64,000 nt of DNA from an uncultured Chloroflexia bacterium (GTDB lineage Bacteria > Chloroflexota > Limnocylindria > QHBO01). The stretch covers positions 448,001 to 512,000 of the forward strand of contig CAWHAZ010000005.1 of NCBI GenBank assembly GCA_963827475.1, in the 5' to 3' direction. The translations under genes and the position numbers were made by a program. The notes beneath the pieces are model-generated. The model was given only the letters and a program-made list of their open reading frames with translations, was not told the origin of the DNA and searched no databases. Of this stretch, positions 25,880 through 35,870 are shown piece after piece (within the stretch, counting starts at the first letter, position 1; every line of letters begins with the position of its first letter).

Positions 25880-26882
25880 TCAGCTGCCGACGGTCGCCAC
25901 CATCACCGCCTTGATGGTGTGCATCCGGTTCTCGGCCTGGTCCCAGACGATCGCCCGCTCGGACTCGAACACGTCGTTCGTGACCTCCATCCCGTCGAGC
26001 CCGAAGCGCTCGAACATCTCTTCGCCGACCTTCGTGTTCCGGTCGTGGAAGGCGGGGAGGCAGTGCATGAACTTCACCTTCGGGTTCCCGGTCTTCTTCA
26101 CGAGGGCGGCGTTCACCTGGTACGGCTTGAGCAGCTTCACCCGCTCGTCCCAGACCGACGTGTCCTCGCCCATCGAGACCCACACGTCGGTGTAGAGGAA
26201 GTCGACCCCCTTGACGCCGACGGCGGGGTCATCGGTCAGGGTGACCTTGGCCCCGGTCTCCTTGGCGACCGCCTTGCACTCCGCGACGAGCTCCTTGTCC
26301 GGCCACAGGTGCTTCGGGCCGCAGAGGCGGACGTCCATGCCCATCTTCGCGCCGCCGACGAGCAGCGAGTCGCCCATGTTGTTGCGCGCGTCGCCCAGGT
26401 AGCAGTACGAGATGTCGTGGAGCGGCTTGTCGCTGAACTCGGTCATGGTCAGGAAGTCGGCCAGGATCTGGGTCGGGTGGAACTCGTCGGTCAGGCCGTT
26501 CCAGACCGGGACGCCGGCGAACTCGGCCAGCTCCTCGACGATCTCCTGGCCGAAGCCGCGGTACTCGATGCCGTCGTAGATCCGACCGAGGACGCGGGCG
26601 GTGTCCTTCATCGACTCCTTGTGACCGATCTGGGTTCCCGACGGCCCGAGGTAGGTCACGTGGGCGCCCTGGTCGTAGGCGGCGACCTCGAACGCGACCC
26701 GCGTCCGGGTGGACGATCTTCTCGAAGATGACCGCGATGTTCTTGCCGCGCATCCGCTGCTGCTCGTAGCCGCCGTACTTCGCCCGCTTCAGGTCGCGGG
26801 ACAGGTCGAGCAGGTAGTGGATCTCCCTCGGGCTGAAGTCGAGCAGCTTGGTGAAGTTGCGGTTCCGCAGGTTGTATCCCAT
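25880..26882 (-). CDS. arcB: Ornithine carbamoyltransferase (catabolic, by context), frameshift near 26710
   Basis: FEK-(S)[38 protein letters not shown]. Confidence 0.93.
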
Positions 26883-26951
26883 GGCTCACCTCGGGGCTGG
26901 GGTGTCGCTTCGAGACCGGATGGGCCGCCGGCGTGAATCTGTTCGACTCCT

Positions 26952-26984
26952 AGTATGCCGCCGTACGCGTCAACCGTTCGTCAA
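26952..26984 (-). promoter_or_regulatory. Candidate arc operon promoter with TTGACG direct repeat
   Basis: The minus strand reads TTGACG-N5-TTGACG-N10-CATACT upstream of arcB. Confidence 0.4.
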
Positions 26985-27023
26985 GGCGCCTCCGGCGGAG
27001 CCGGTCCGCCGCCGGCCGGTGAG

Positions 27024-27894
27024 TCAGGCGCGGAGGAGGGGGAGGGACATGCAGGTCGGCCCGCCCGAGCCGTTGAGACCGATCTCGGTGGCGGGGTAGG
27101 TATGGACCGTGCAGCCGGCCGACTCCAGCGCGCGCCGGGTGACGGGGTTGCCCTCGGCCATCACCAGCACGCCGGGGCGGACGGCGAGGACGTTGCAGCC
27201 GAGGGTCTCGTACTCCTCGTCGGGGACGGCGATGGTGTCGATCTTCAGCTCGTGCAGGAGTGACCAGAGGCCGACGGGCAGGAGCGGCGGGTAGACGACG
27301 GCGAGGTCGGGGCGGACGGGCGAGATGACCGACAGGAGATGGACGAGCTCAGTCGGGGCCCTTCCAGTAGGGCAGGTCGAAGGTCCGGACCTCGGCGTCG
27401 ACCAGAGCGGCGAGCTGACGGGCGCCGGCGTCGTTGGTGCGGAGTGATCGGCCGATGCAGAGGAGGCCGGGTCGGAGCCACAGGACGTCGCCGCCCTCGA
27501 TTCGCCCGCGAGGGCCGATGCGCCCGGCGATGCCGATGCCGGCGGTCGTGAGCCACCGGCGGACGATGCGCGGCTCACCGCTGCGGTTCGGCTTACCGGG
27601 TCGGAGGAGGATCGCGCCGGCATCGGTCACCAGCGCGGGATCGAAGGTGTAGACGAGGTCGGGGTCGTCGGTGTGGGCGACGAGGCGATGGACCCAGACG
27701 CCGAGGCTGGACAGGAGATCGGTGTAGGCGTCGTGCTCGGCCTGGGCGGTGGCGAGGTCGACCGGGTGGCGGAAGCCGTGGGCCGGGTCGTCGTACGCCG
27801 CGCCGAACGCGGCGTCGGGGCGGTGGACGAGGACCGCGCGGAGCGGCGCGGTCATCGATCGGGCGCCCCAGCGCGGGGCGCCCGCATCGGTCAT
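27024..27894 (-). CDS. Amidinotransferase/dimethylargininase-like (pentein) hydrolase, frameshift near 27350
   Basis: PDLVYTFDP, IEGGDV, RTN, HL, CNVLAV and GSGGPTCMS with the catalytic Cys. Confidence 0.85.
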
Positions 27895-27914
27895 GGCCCG
27901 GACCTCCGCGGACG

Positions 27915-28307
27915 TCAGTCCAGCTGGCTGGTGCAGTGCGGGCAGCGGGTGGCGGCGATGGGGATATCGGTCGCGCAGTGCGGGCAGGTCTTGGTGGACG
28001 CCTCTTCCTCCCTGGCCATCCGGGCGTCGAAGCCAATCTTGGGCCTGATGATCACCAGGTAGATGGCGGCGGCGACCAGGAAGAACGTGATGAGCGCGTT
28101 GAGGAACAGGCCGTAGCGGACCTCCGCCGCGCCCACGCTGACGCTCAGACCGCTGAAGTCGGGCACCCCGATCAGGCCGAGGAGCGGGGTCAGGATGTCG
28201 GCCACGAACGACGCGATGACCGCCCCGAATGCGCCCGCGACGACCACGGCCACGGCCAGCTCGACGACGTCGCCGCGCAGGATGAAATCGCGGAACCCCT
28301 TGAACAC
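27915..28307 (-). CDS. mscL: Large-conductance mechanosensitive channel with C-terminal zinc ribbon
   Basis: FKGFRDFILRGDVVELAVAVVVAGAF, YGLFLNALITF, CPHC..CPHC tail. GTG start with GAGGAGG SD. Confidence 0.92.
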   Translation of the reverse strand: MFKGFRDFILRGDVVELAVAVVVAGAFGAVIASFVADILTPLLGLIGVPDFSGLSVSVGAAEVRYGLFLNALITFFLVAAAIYLVIIRPKIGFDARMAREEEASTKTCPHCATDIPIAATRCPHCTSQLD

Positions 28308-28362
28308 GGTGCCCTCCTCAAACGCTCCGGGTGGCGAGTGTAGCCCGCAGTAGGATGCCGTC

Positions 28363-29160
28363 ATGAGAGCGCTGCGAACGTCCATCAACGAGTTCTTCAC
28401 CCGCAACGACATCGTCTGGGAAGGCCTGATGGGCGCCCTGGTGATCGTGTGGATGGTCGCAAACGCGCAGCCGCCCGGACCGGTGACTGACTTCCTGACC
28501 GTCTCCATCACGATCGTATTCGCGGTCGAGTTCGCGGTGCGCTTCGCGGCCTCCTTTGACCGGCTGACATACCTCAAGGGCCACTGGATCGACCTCGTCA
28601 CCCTGGTCCCTGCCCTCCGCGGCTTCCGGCTGCTGCGCCTGCTCGTCCTGCTGCGTCATATCCGGGCCACCAGGGGCCTGGCCAACCAGATTGGGGTGCT
28701 TCAGTACCTCGCCGGCGATCTCACGATCCGCTCGCTGTTCCTCATCTGGTTCTCGGTGATGGTCGTCGCCAGCTTCCTGTTTTTCCTTGCCGAGCGCCCA
28801 GTAAATCCCAACGTCACCACCGTCTTCGACGCGGGCTGGTGGTCACTGGTCACCGCGGCCACGGTCGGGTACGGCGACATCTACCCATATACCCAGGCCG
28901 GTCGCCTCGTCGGCGTGGTCGTGATGTTGGTCGGGATCGGCAGCTTCTCGGCCCTGGCCGGCCTCATCGGCAGCTCCCTGCAGCGGCGGCGGGCTCAGCT
29001 CGCCTCCGGCATGAGCCCGCAGGCCATCAAGGAGGAGGAAGAGCAGGGCACCTCGGATCCAACCTGGCGTCTCCGGCAGCTCGAGACCCTTCGCGGCGAA
29101 GGTCTGATCACCGACGAGGAATACGCCGCCAAGCGGGCCGCTGTGGTAGCGGACCTCTAG
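28363..29160 (+). CDS. Potassium channel (6-TM type) with C-terminal SHOCT domain
   Basis: TVGYGD selectivity filter, Arg-rich S4-like LRGFRLLRLL, LRQLETLRGEGLITDEEYAAKR. Confidence 0.9.
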   Translation: MRALRTSINEFFTRNDIVWEGLMGALVIVWMVANAQPPGPVTDFLTVSITIVFAVEFAVRFAASFDRLTYLKGHWIDLVTLVPALRGFRLLRLLVLLRHIRATRGLANQIGVLQYLAGDLTIRSLFLIWFSVMVVASFLFFLAERPVNPNVTTVFDAGWWSLVTAATVGYGDIYPYTQAGRLVGVVVMLVGIGSFSALAGLIGSSLQRRRAQLASGMSPQAIKEEEEQGTSDPTWRLRQLETLRGEGLITDEEYAAKRAAVVADL

Positions 29161-29173
29161 GCGGCTCTCGCGC

Positions 29174-29960
29174 GTGCGGTTGGTGACCTGGAACGTCAAC
29201 TCGCTGAAGGCCCGGCTGGAGCGGGTGCTGGCCTGGACCGAGCGCCACCAGCCCGACATCCTGTGCATGCAGGAGACGAAGCTCGCCGATGACGCAGTGC
29301 CCCTGGTGGACTTCGCGGCGCTCGGCTACGAGGTCGCCCACCACGGGACCGGAACCTGGAACGGGGTGGCGATCGCCTCACGGATTGGATTGACCGATGT
29401 CGCCGGCGGTTTGCCGGAGGGCGAAGACTGGACCGATGAGGGCGGCCGCTTCCTGGTCGCGACCTGCGGCGACGTGCGAGTGGCGACCGTTTACGTCCCG
29501 AACGGGCGGGTGGTCGGCTCGGAGTTCTACGAGGCGAAGCTGGCGTGGCTCGACCACCTCGACGCGTGGCTGCGGGCAGTGAACGACCCCTCCATGCCAC
29601 TCGCCCTCTGCGGTGACTTCAACGTGGCGCCCACCGACAACGACGTGTGGGACGCCGAGGCCGCGCATGGCGGAACCCACGTCTCCCCGCCGGAGCGGGA
29701 GCGCGTGTCGCGGCTGCTGGACTGGGGGCTGACCGACGTCCTGCACCAGTTCCACCCCGAGCCGGGCTACTTCACGTGGTGGGACTACCGCGCCGGACAC
29801 TTCCACAAGAACTTCGGCATGCGGATCGACCACGTCCTGGCGACCGCGCCACTCGCCACGCGGTGCCGTCTCCGCCGAGCGCGACCGCGACGCCCGGAAG
29901 CCAAGCACCTACCCGGGCATTCCCTCGGACCACGCCCCGGTGGTCGTGGACTTCAGCTGA
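29174..29960 (+). CDS. xth: Exodeoxyribonuclease III, frameshift near 29870
   Basis: TWNVNS, QETK, YVPNG, GDFN, TWWDYR, RIDH. PSDHAPV lies in the shifted frame ending at TGA 29960. Confidence 0.93.
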
Positions 29961-29970
29961 TCGATCCGCG

Positions 29971-30407
29971 TCACCGCGGTTCGAGGATGACCACCGGGAT
30001 CTCGCGGGTCGTGCGTTTGCGGTAGTCGCCGTACTGGGGAAGCGCCTCGACGAACCGGTCGTAGAGCCGTTTCGCGTCCGCCGAGCCAGCCTGGCGGGCA
30101 TGAACTCGGCGGACCTCCTTGCCGACCTCGACCTCGGTGTCGGGGTGTGCCTTCAGGTTCAGCCACCACGACGGATCGTCGTCGCGGCCGGCGTTGGAGG
30201 CCACGACGACCAGGTTCTCCCGTCGTCGACCAGGTAGTACAGGCCGTTGCGGCGCTTCTGCCCGGTCTTGCGCCCCTCGGTGTGCAGGAACAGGGTCCGC
30301 ACGCTGCCTCCGCTGGCGTTGGGGAAGGTCCATCGTCCTCCACTCAGCCTCGATAGTGCCCGGTCCTCGAGCCAGAGGATGCGGAGCAGCCAGCGGGGGA
30401 TGTTCAT
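29971..30407 (-). CDS. Deazaflavin (F420)-dependent nitroreductase family protein, frameshift near 30225
   Basis: TEGRKTGQKR, VVASNAG, PSWWLNLKAHP, YRKRTTREIPVVILEP. Confidence 0.88.
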
Positions 30408-31656
30408 CGGGTCGCCTTCGCGAGCTCCCGACCGATGCGAGTCCGCGGCCAGACAACCTTCTCAGCCGCCCACGAACGACAGATACGCCCGCACCGCCTC
30501 GGCCAGGGCCGGGACGAAGTGCGGCTCCTCCATCGGTCTGAACCCATCCTCGAACCAGATGCCGAGGATGTGCAGGCTGCGCGTGGCACGCTCGAATCGG
30601 GGCTCGATCCGGCCGACGAGACGGTCGCCGAACAGGATCGGCAGGACGTAGTAGCCGTGGCGCCGTTTGGATGCCGGCGATGTAGACCTCCCAGATGTAG
30701 CTGAACTCGAACAGGGTGCTGACCAGCCTGCGATCCCACAGCATCGGTCCGAGGGGAGCGAGGAACGAGACGGCCGGGACATGGTCCGGATCCGGTTGCG
30801 CCGTGGCCTCGAGGATCGGCATCTCGTCCCCGAGGATGTGGCGCGTCTCCTTGAGGCCCTCCACCCGGACGGGGACGAGGGTGCCGTCCTCGATCAGCTC
30901 GGCGGTCATCCGCCGGCGTTCGGGAGCGGTTCCGGTACCCCAGACCAGCTCGGCCGCGCCACTCTCGGCCATGAGACCCACGCCTCGATGGCGCGAGATG
31001 AGCCGGTGCCGGATCTGTTCCGATTCCGGCGCATGCTCGGCGAGCAGTCCGGCCGGGACCAGGCGCTCGATCAGGTCGTAGAAGCGGCGGCTGCCCTCCC
31101 GGCGGGAGATCCCGAGCTCACCGGCGACGAACATCGCCTCCATCACCGCGCGCGCCGCCCGGGTCGAGGGCGGCTGGTTGCTGTCCCACCACCAGTTGAT
31201 CAGGTGGCCGTGGTCGCGGAACGCGGCGGTGGAGACCGGTCCGGTGTCGCGGATGTGGCCCCGGATGCGGTCGGCCAGGTCGCGATGCTCGTCCAGGAAC
31301 TCGGTGTAGTTCGTCAGGCCGCGGGTCCACGACAGGCGGTAGTAGGGCAGCTCGGCGATCGGGACGATGCTGAGCATCTTGTTGTACAGCTCGATCAGCT
31401 GACGCTCGTCGCGGGGCGCGTAGAGCCACTGGTCGGCCCACTCCCGGCGGTAGTCGCGGATGCGGGCCTGGAGCACCAGGTCGTGGTTTCGGCCGCCGGG
31501 CACCTCGAGCGGGTCGAACTGCAGGCTGCCGATGCGGTCGATGACGCGGAGGACCGATTCCGGCTTCGCCGGCAGGGAGCGTGGCGGGTCCAGCAGCTGG
31601 CGGCGGACGAGAAAGCGCCGGGCGTGGTCGGCCGCGATCGGGCGAGGATCGGTCAT
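30404..31656 (-). CDS. YcaQ/AlkZ-like (HTH_42) crosslink-repair DNA glycosylase, 2 apparent frameshifts near the 3' end
   Basis: SLQFDPL, RFYDL, LFEFSYIWEVY, RRHGYYVLPILFGDRLVGR. Confidence 0.85.
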
Positions 31657-31706
31657 GGGCTGACCGATGCTAGACGAACCCCGCCAGCCGGTCGCACACT
31701 GCACCC

Positions 31707-32435
31707 ATGACGACAGAGCATCTCCCACCGGGGTACGCGACCGGCTCGAAGGCGGACGCTCCCGGACCCGATGACGCCGCGCGACGAGCGCTGCGCGTGA
31801 CGCTGCTGACCACCGAGCACTGGAGCCTGCTGGCGACACGAAGCCTTTCGTGGAACGAGTCGTTCGCCCGGGCCGGCATGTTCCTGACCGTCCTGACCGG
31901 CGCGGTGGTGGCCCTGGCCCTGGTGGCGCAGGCCACCGCCTTCGGAAGCGCCTTCACCACCTTCGCCCTCCTCGTCCTGCCCGTGGTCTTCTTCGTCGGC
32001 AGCTCGACCTTCGTCCGGTTGAACGAGATCAACGAGGAAGACCTGGTCTGGGTGAAGGGCATGAACCGGCTGCGACGCGCGTACCTGGAGATCGATCCGG
32101 GGATCGAGCCCTACCTCATCACCGGCTGGACCGAGGACGTGGTGGGCGTGCTGCGGACCTTCGGGGCGCCCGGCGGAGCGGGCGTCCAGGCCCCGAGCAT
32201 CCGGGGCAACATCATGCATGCGCTCGTCACCACCCCGGCCATGATCCTCATCGTGAACGCGGTCGTGGCGGCCGTGATGGTGGGCCTGCTGATCGCCCAG
32301 TTCGGGATGACGATGGAGCTCGCCGCAGTCGGGGCGGTGGTCGCCTTCGTGGTGACGATCCTCGCCTTCGCGGCGTACGGAGCACGGAAGGCGGCCTTCT
32401 GGATCGGGGCCGAGGACCCACCGCCAGAGGGGTAG
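31707..32435 (+). CDS. Hypothetical 4-TM membrane protein
   Basis: Clean ORF with coding-like codon usage and four hydrophobic segments. N-terminal TTEHWSLLATR motif. Confidence 0.75.
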   Translation: MTTEHLPPGYATGSKADAPGPDDAARRALRVTLLTTEHWSLLATRSLSWNESFARAGMFLTVLTGAVVALALVAQATAFGSAFTTFALLVLPVVFFVGSSTFVRLNEINEEDLVWVKGMNRLRRAYLEIDPGIEPYLITGWTEDVVGVLRTFGAPGGAGVQAPSIRGNIMHALVTTPAMILIVNAVVAAVMVGLLIAQFGMTMELAAVGAVVAFVVTILAFAAYGARKAAFWIGAEDPPPEG

Positions 32436-32441
32436 CGGAGG

Positions 32442-32468
32442 CTGGCACTCTGGGGCTCAGAGTGCCAA
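32442..32468. promoter_or_regulatory. CIRCE element upstream of dnaJ
   Basis: CTGGCACTC-N9-GAGTGCCAA, followed by TATAAT (32473-32478) and ATG 32488. Confidence 0.88.
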
Positions 32469-32487
32469 TCGGTATAATCCGGCCCCC

Positions 32488-33613
32488 ATGGCGGTCAAGC
32501 GCGACTACTACGACATCCTCGGCGTCGATCGCGACGCGTCCGACGAGGACATCAAGCGGGCGTTTCGGCGCGCGGCCCAGAAGCATCACCCCGACGTCGA
32601 CACCAGCACCGGGGCCGAGCAGCGGTTCAAGGAGCTGAACGAGGCGTATCGCGTCCTGTCCGACCGCCAGCGGCGGGCCGCCTACGACATGTTCGGGCAC
32701 GCCGGGGTCGACGGGGCGAGCGCGGCCGGCGAGCCGTTCGGGGGCGGGTTCGGTCCGTTCGGCGACATCTTCGACGCGTTCTTCGGTGGGAGCCCGGCCG
32801 GCGGCCGGCGGCGGCAGCGGGTCGTGGCCGGCGCCGACCTGCGCTACGACCTGACCATCACCCTGGCCGAGGCGGTGACCGGCGTGACCCGCGAGATCCG
32901 GTTCCCGACCCTCGTGACGTGCCCGACCTGCGCCGGCTCGGGCGCGGAGCCGGGCAGCGAGCCGGAGCGGTGCCCCGAGTGCAATGGCACCGGGGAGCGG
33001 CGCCGCGTCTCGCAGACGATCCTGGGCCAGATGGTGAACATCACCGCCTGCCCCCGCTGCAACGGGGAGGGCCGGGTCGTCTCCACGCCGTGCCATGCCT
33101 GCAAGGGCGACGGCAGGCTGCGCGAGGACCGGCGGCTCCAGGTCAGCATCCCGGCCGGGATCGAGAGCGGCCAGCGGATCGCGATCGACGGGCAGGGCGA
33201 GGCGGGTCCGCGGGGCGGGCCGTCGGGCGACCTGTACGTCATGGTCACCGTCCGCGACGATCCGGACCTCGTTCGGCGCGGGAGCGAGCTGTACGCCGAG
33301 GTGCCGGTCACGTTCGCCCAGGCCGCGCTTGGGCGCGAAGGTCGCGGTCCGCACGGTCGAGGGCAGCGAGGAGGTCGCCGTCCCGGCCGGGACGCAGAGC
33401 GGGCAGGAGATCCGGCTCCGCGGCCGCGGGATGCCGCGCCTGCGTGGCGCGGGTCGCGGCGACCTCCACGTGCTGGTCACGGTCGTCGTCCCGGCCAGGC
33501 TGAGCAAGCGCGAGCGCGAGCTCCTCCAGCAGCTCGGCGAGGCGAGCAGCCCGGCCGTGCTGCCCAAGAGCGGCCCGACCCTCGGCGAGCGACTCCGCGA
33601 TCTCTTCGGCTGA
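32488..33613 (+). CDS. dnaJ: Chaperone DnaJ, frameshift near 33330
   Basis: DYYDILGV, HPD, four CxxCxGxG repeats. C-terminus continues in the 33095..33613 frame. Confidence 0.95.
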
Positions 33614-33637
33614 GCTCTGATCACGGGCACGGAGCCG

Positions 33638-34543
33638 ATGCGCTGGCTGGCCCTCAGCGTCGAGGCCGACGTCGAGGCGGTCGAAGCCGTGAGCGAGATC
33701 CTCGGCCGGCTGGGCCGGGGCAGCGTGATCGAGCCGCTCCGACTGGTCGCCGACGCCGCTGATGAGCAGGCCCTGCGCGCGGACCCGGCCGCGGGCTACC
33801 GGGTGACGGCCTATGTGCCCGACGACGCCGAAGCGCCGGCCGCCGTGGACCGCACCGAGCGGGCGCTCTGGCACCTGCAGGCCTTCGATCTCAGACCGAT
33901 GAGCGCGCTCGCGGTGACGTCGGTCGACGACGCCGACTGGGCGACGGCCTGGCGCGAAGGATACGAACCGATCAGGATCGGCCGGATCACGATCGTGCCG
34001 ACCTGGCTCGACATCCCGGCTGACGCCGGGCTCGTGGTCCGCCTCGATCCCGGGATGGCATTCGGGACCGGGCTCCACCCGACCACCCGGTCCTGCGCGA
34101 TGGCAATGCAGGCGCTCGGACCCATGCCGGACGCGGTGCTGGACGTGGGCTGCGGGTCGGGAATCCTCGGCATCGCCGCGCTGGCGCTTGGCGCTGGGCG
34201 CGTGGTCGGGTACGACACCGATCCGCTCGCGATCGAGGCCACGCGGCAGAACGCGGAGGTGAACGGCCTTTCCGACCGGGTGGCGGCGCAGGAGGGCACG
34301 TTGCCCGAGGGCGCCGCGGAGCAATTCCCGCTGGTGGTCGCCAACCTCGTGGCCGCCGTGCTGGTTGAGCTGGCCCCGCGCCTCGCGGCTCACACCGCCC
34401 CGACCGGGACGGTCATCGCGTCGGGAATCATTCAGTCGCGCCGCGACGAGGTCGAGGCCGCCCTGGCCGCCGCCGGGCTGATCGTCTGGGAGCGGTCCCT
34501 CGACGGTGACTGGGTCACCCTGCGCCTGGTCCGATCGGCATGA
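33638..34543 (+). CDS. prmA: Ribosomal protein L11 methyltransferase
   Basis: LDPGMAFGTGLHPTT, LDVGCGSGIL, VVANL. Follows dnaJ. Confidence 0.94.
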   Translation: MRWLALSVEADVEAVEAVSEILGRLGRGSVIEPLRLVADAADEQALRADPAAGYRVTAYVPDDAEAPAAVDRTERALWHLQAFDLRPMSALAVTSVDDADWATAWREGYEPIRIGRITIVPTWLDIPADAGLVVRLDPGMAFGTGLHPTTRSCAMAMQALGPMPDAVLDVGCGSGILGIAALALGAGRVVGYDTDPLAIEATRQNAEVNGLSDRVAAQEGTLPEGAAEQFPLVVANLVAAVLVELAPRLAAHTAPTGTVIASGIIQSRRDEVEAALAAAGLIVWERSLDGDWVTLRLVRSA

Positions 34544-35231
34544 CCACTCATCGGTTCTTCGTCGACCCCGGGACGACGGCCGGTGACCGATTCCCGGTGC
34601 CGGACGCGATCGCCCACCAGGTCACGCGCGTCCTGCGCCTGCGGGACGGCGACGAGATCGTCGTCCTGGAGGGCGACGGGCTGGAGATCCGCTGCCGCCT
34701 CGCCGGCGGGGAGCTGGTCGTCCTCGAGCGTGGCCCCGTCAGCCGGGGAGCCGCGTCACCGACTGACCGTGGCCCAGGCCCTGCTCAAGGGCGACCATCT
34801 CGAAACCGTGGTCCGGCAGGGGACGGAGATCGGGGTCAGCCGTTTCGAGCTGATCGTGACCGAGCGGTGCGTCCCCCGCGACATCTCGCCGGCGCGACTC
34901 GCGCGGCTCCGTGCCGTCGCCCGCGAAGCGGCCGAGCAGTCCGAGCGCGGCATCGTCCCCGAGGTCGCCGCCCCGGTCGCCGCTGGCCGATGTCATCGGT
35001 CCGGGATCGGTCCTGCTGCTCGAGCGCTCGACCGGCGCCCGACTGGTGGAGCTGCCGCCGATGGAGCGCCTGGTCATCGGTCCCGAGGGTGGATTCACCC
35101 CGGACGAGGTGGCTGCCGCCGAACGTGCGACGGCGACCACCGCCAGCCTCGGCCCGCGCATCCTGCGCAGCGAGACGGTGGCGGCGGCCGCCGCTGCGGT
35201 CGTCCTGTCGAGGACGGGGGACTTCGCCTAG
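34540..35231 (+). CDS. rsmE: 16S rRNA m3U1498 methyltransferase, 2 apparent frameshifts
   Basis: HQVTRVLRL, EAAEQSER, IGPEGGF, LGPRILRSET across three frames. Confidence 0.9.
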
Positions 35232-35243
35232 CCCCCGGTCAGG

Positions 35244-35732
35244 TCAGTTCCCGGCGGGGTCGGCGATGAACCACACGCCGCTGATGCCTTCACCCCTGGC
35301 GTCGCCTTCGGCCACGTCAGCGGAGAAGTAGTACAGCGGGAAGCCGTTGTACGTCGCCTGCACCAGGCCGTCGGGGCGGGTCACCTCGCCGAGCAGGGTC
35401 GCATCCGCGGCGCCCGCGTCCACCGGCGCCTCGAGCGGCGGCCAGTTGGTCAGGCAGTCGTCGACGCAGACGAACTCGCCTGTTCCTTCATCGATGTGGA
35501 TGTAGAGGGTCAGGCCGCCTGCGCCGGCCAACGCCGAGCCAGCGGTGGTATCGACGACGGTCAACGCCAGGCCGGCGGCCTCCGATGGAGCTGCGCTCTC
35601 ACCGGGAGCCATGCTTTCCGCAACGCTGGGCACCACGATGCTGGGCTCGCTGTCCGTTGGGCTGGCGGAGGGTTGGCAGGCGGCCAGGACGACGACCAGC
35701 CCGCCGAGCAGCAGTGCTCGATAGGTCTTCAC
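35244..35732 (-). CDS. Secreted-repeat lipoprotein (Lipoprotein_15/COG4315-like)
   Basis: LAAC lipobox, GLTLY..C.DDC..NWPP, QATYNGFPLYYF..D...G..W. GGAGGAG SD. Confidence 0.82.
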   Translation of the reverse strand: MKTYRALLLGGLVVVLAACQPSASPTDSEPSIVVPSVAESMAPGESAAPSEAAGLALTVVDTTAGSALAGAGGLTLYIHIDEGTGEFVCVDDCLTNWPPLEAPVDAGAADATLLGEVTRPDGLVQATYNGFPLYYFSADVAEGDARGEGISGVWFIADPAGN

Positions 35733-35870
35733 GATGGGTTTCTCCTCCCTGATTCGTGGACGGGTCGTAAGGCGGGAGGCTACTCCGAAAAGCAGAACGG
35801 TGCCCAAAGCCGCCCTGACGCCTCAGAAAACCCCTTGTCGGTTCGGCGCGGGTTCCCGTAGTCTCCGCCG

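Noticed and set aside
29971-31839. Apparent 622-aa YcaQ-nitroreductase fusion
   Set aside because: Artefact of indels. Each gene has its own start and stop (ATGA overlap at 30404-30407), and the intervening read-through is nonsense.
19586-32441. dnaK-dnaJ insert as a mobile genomic island
   Set aside because: No integrase, transposase, tRNA or flanking direct repeat was seen, and composition looks host-like.
26700-33340. Programmed frameshifting in arcB, xth or dnaJ
   Set aside because: No shared slippery motif. Indels are scattered through many unrelated genes.
35760-35830. GAAA...CAAAGCC spacer faintly like a c-di-GMP-I riboswitch
   Set aside because: No GCAAA/GGGACGCAAA pairing stems could be formed, so the match is too weak.
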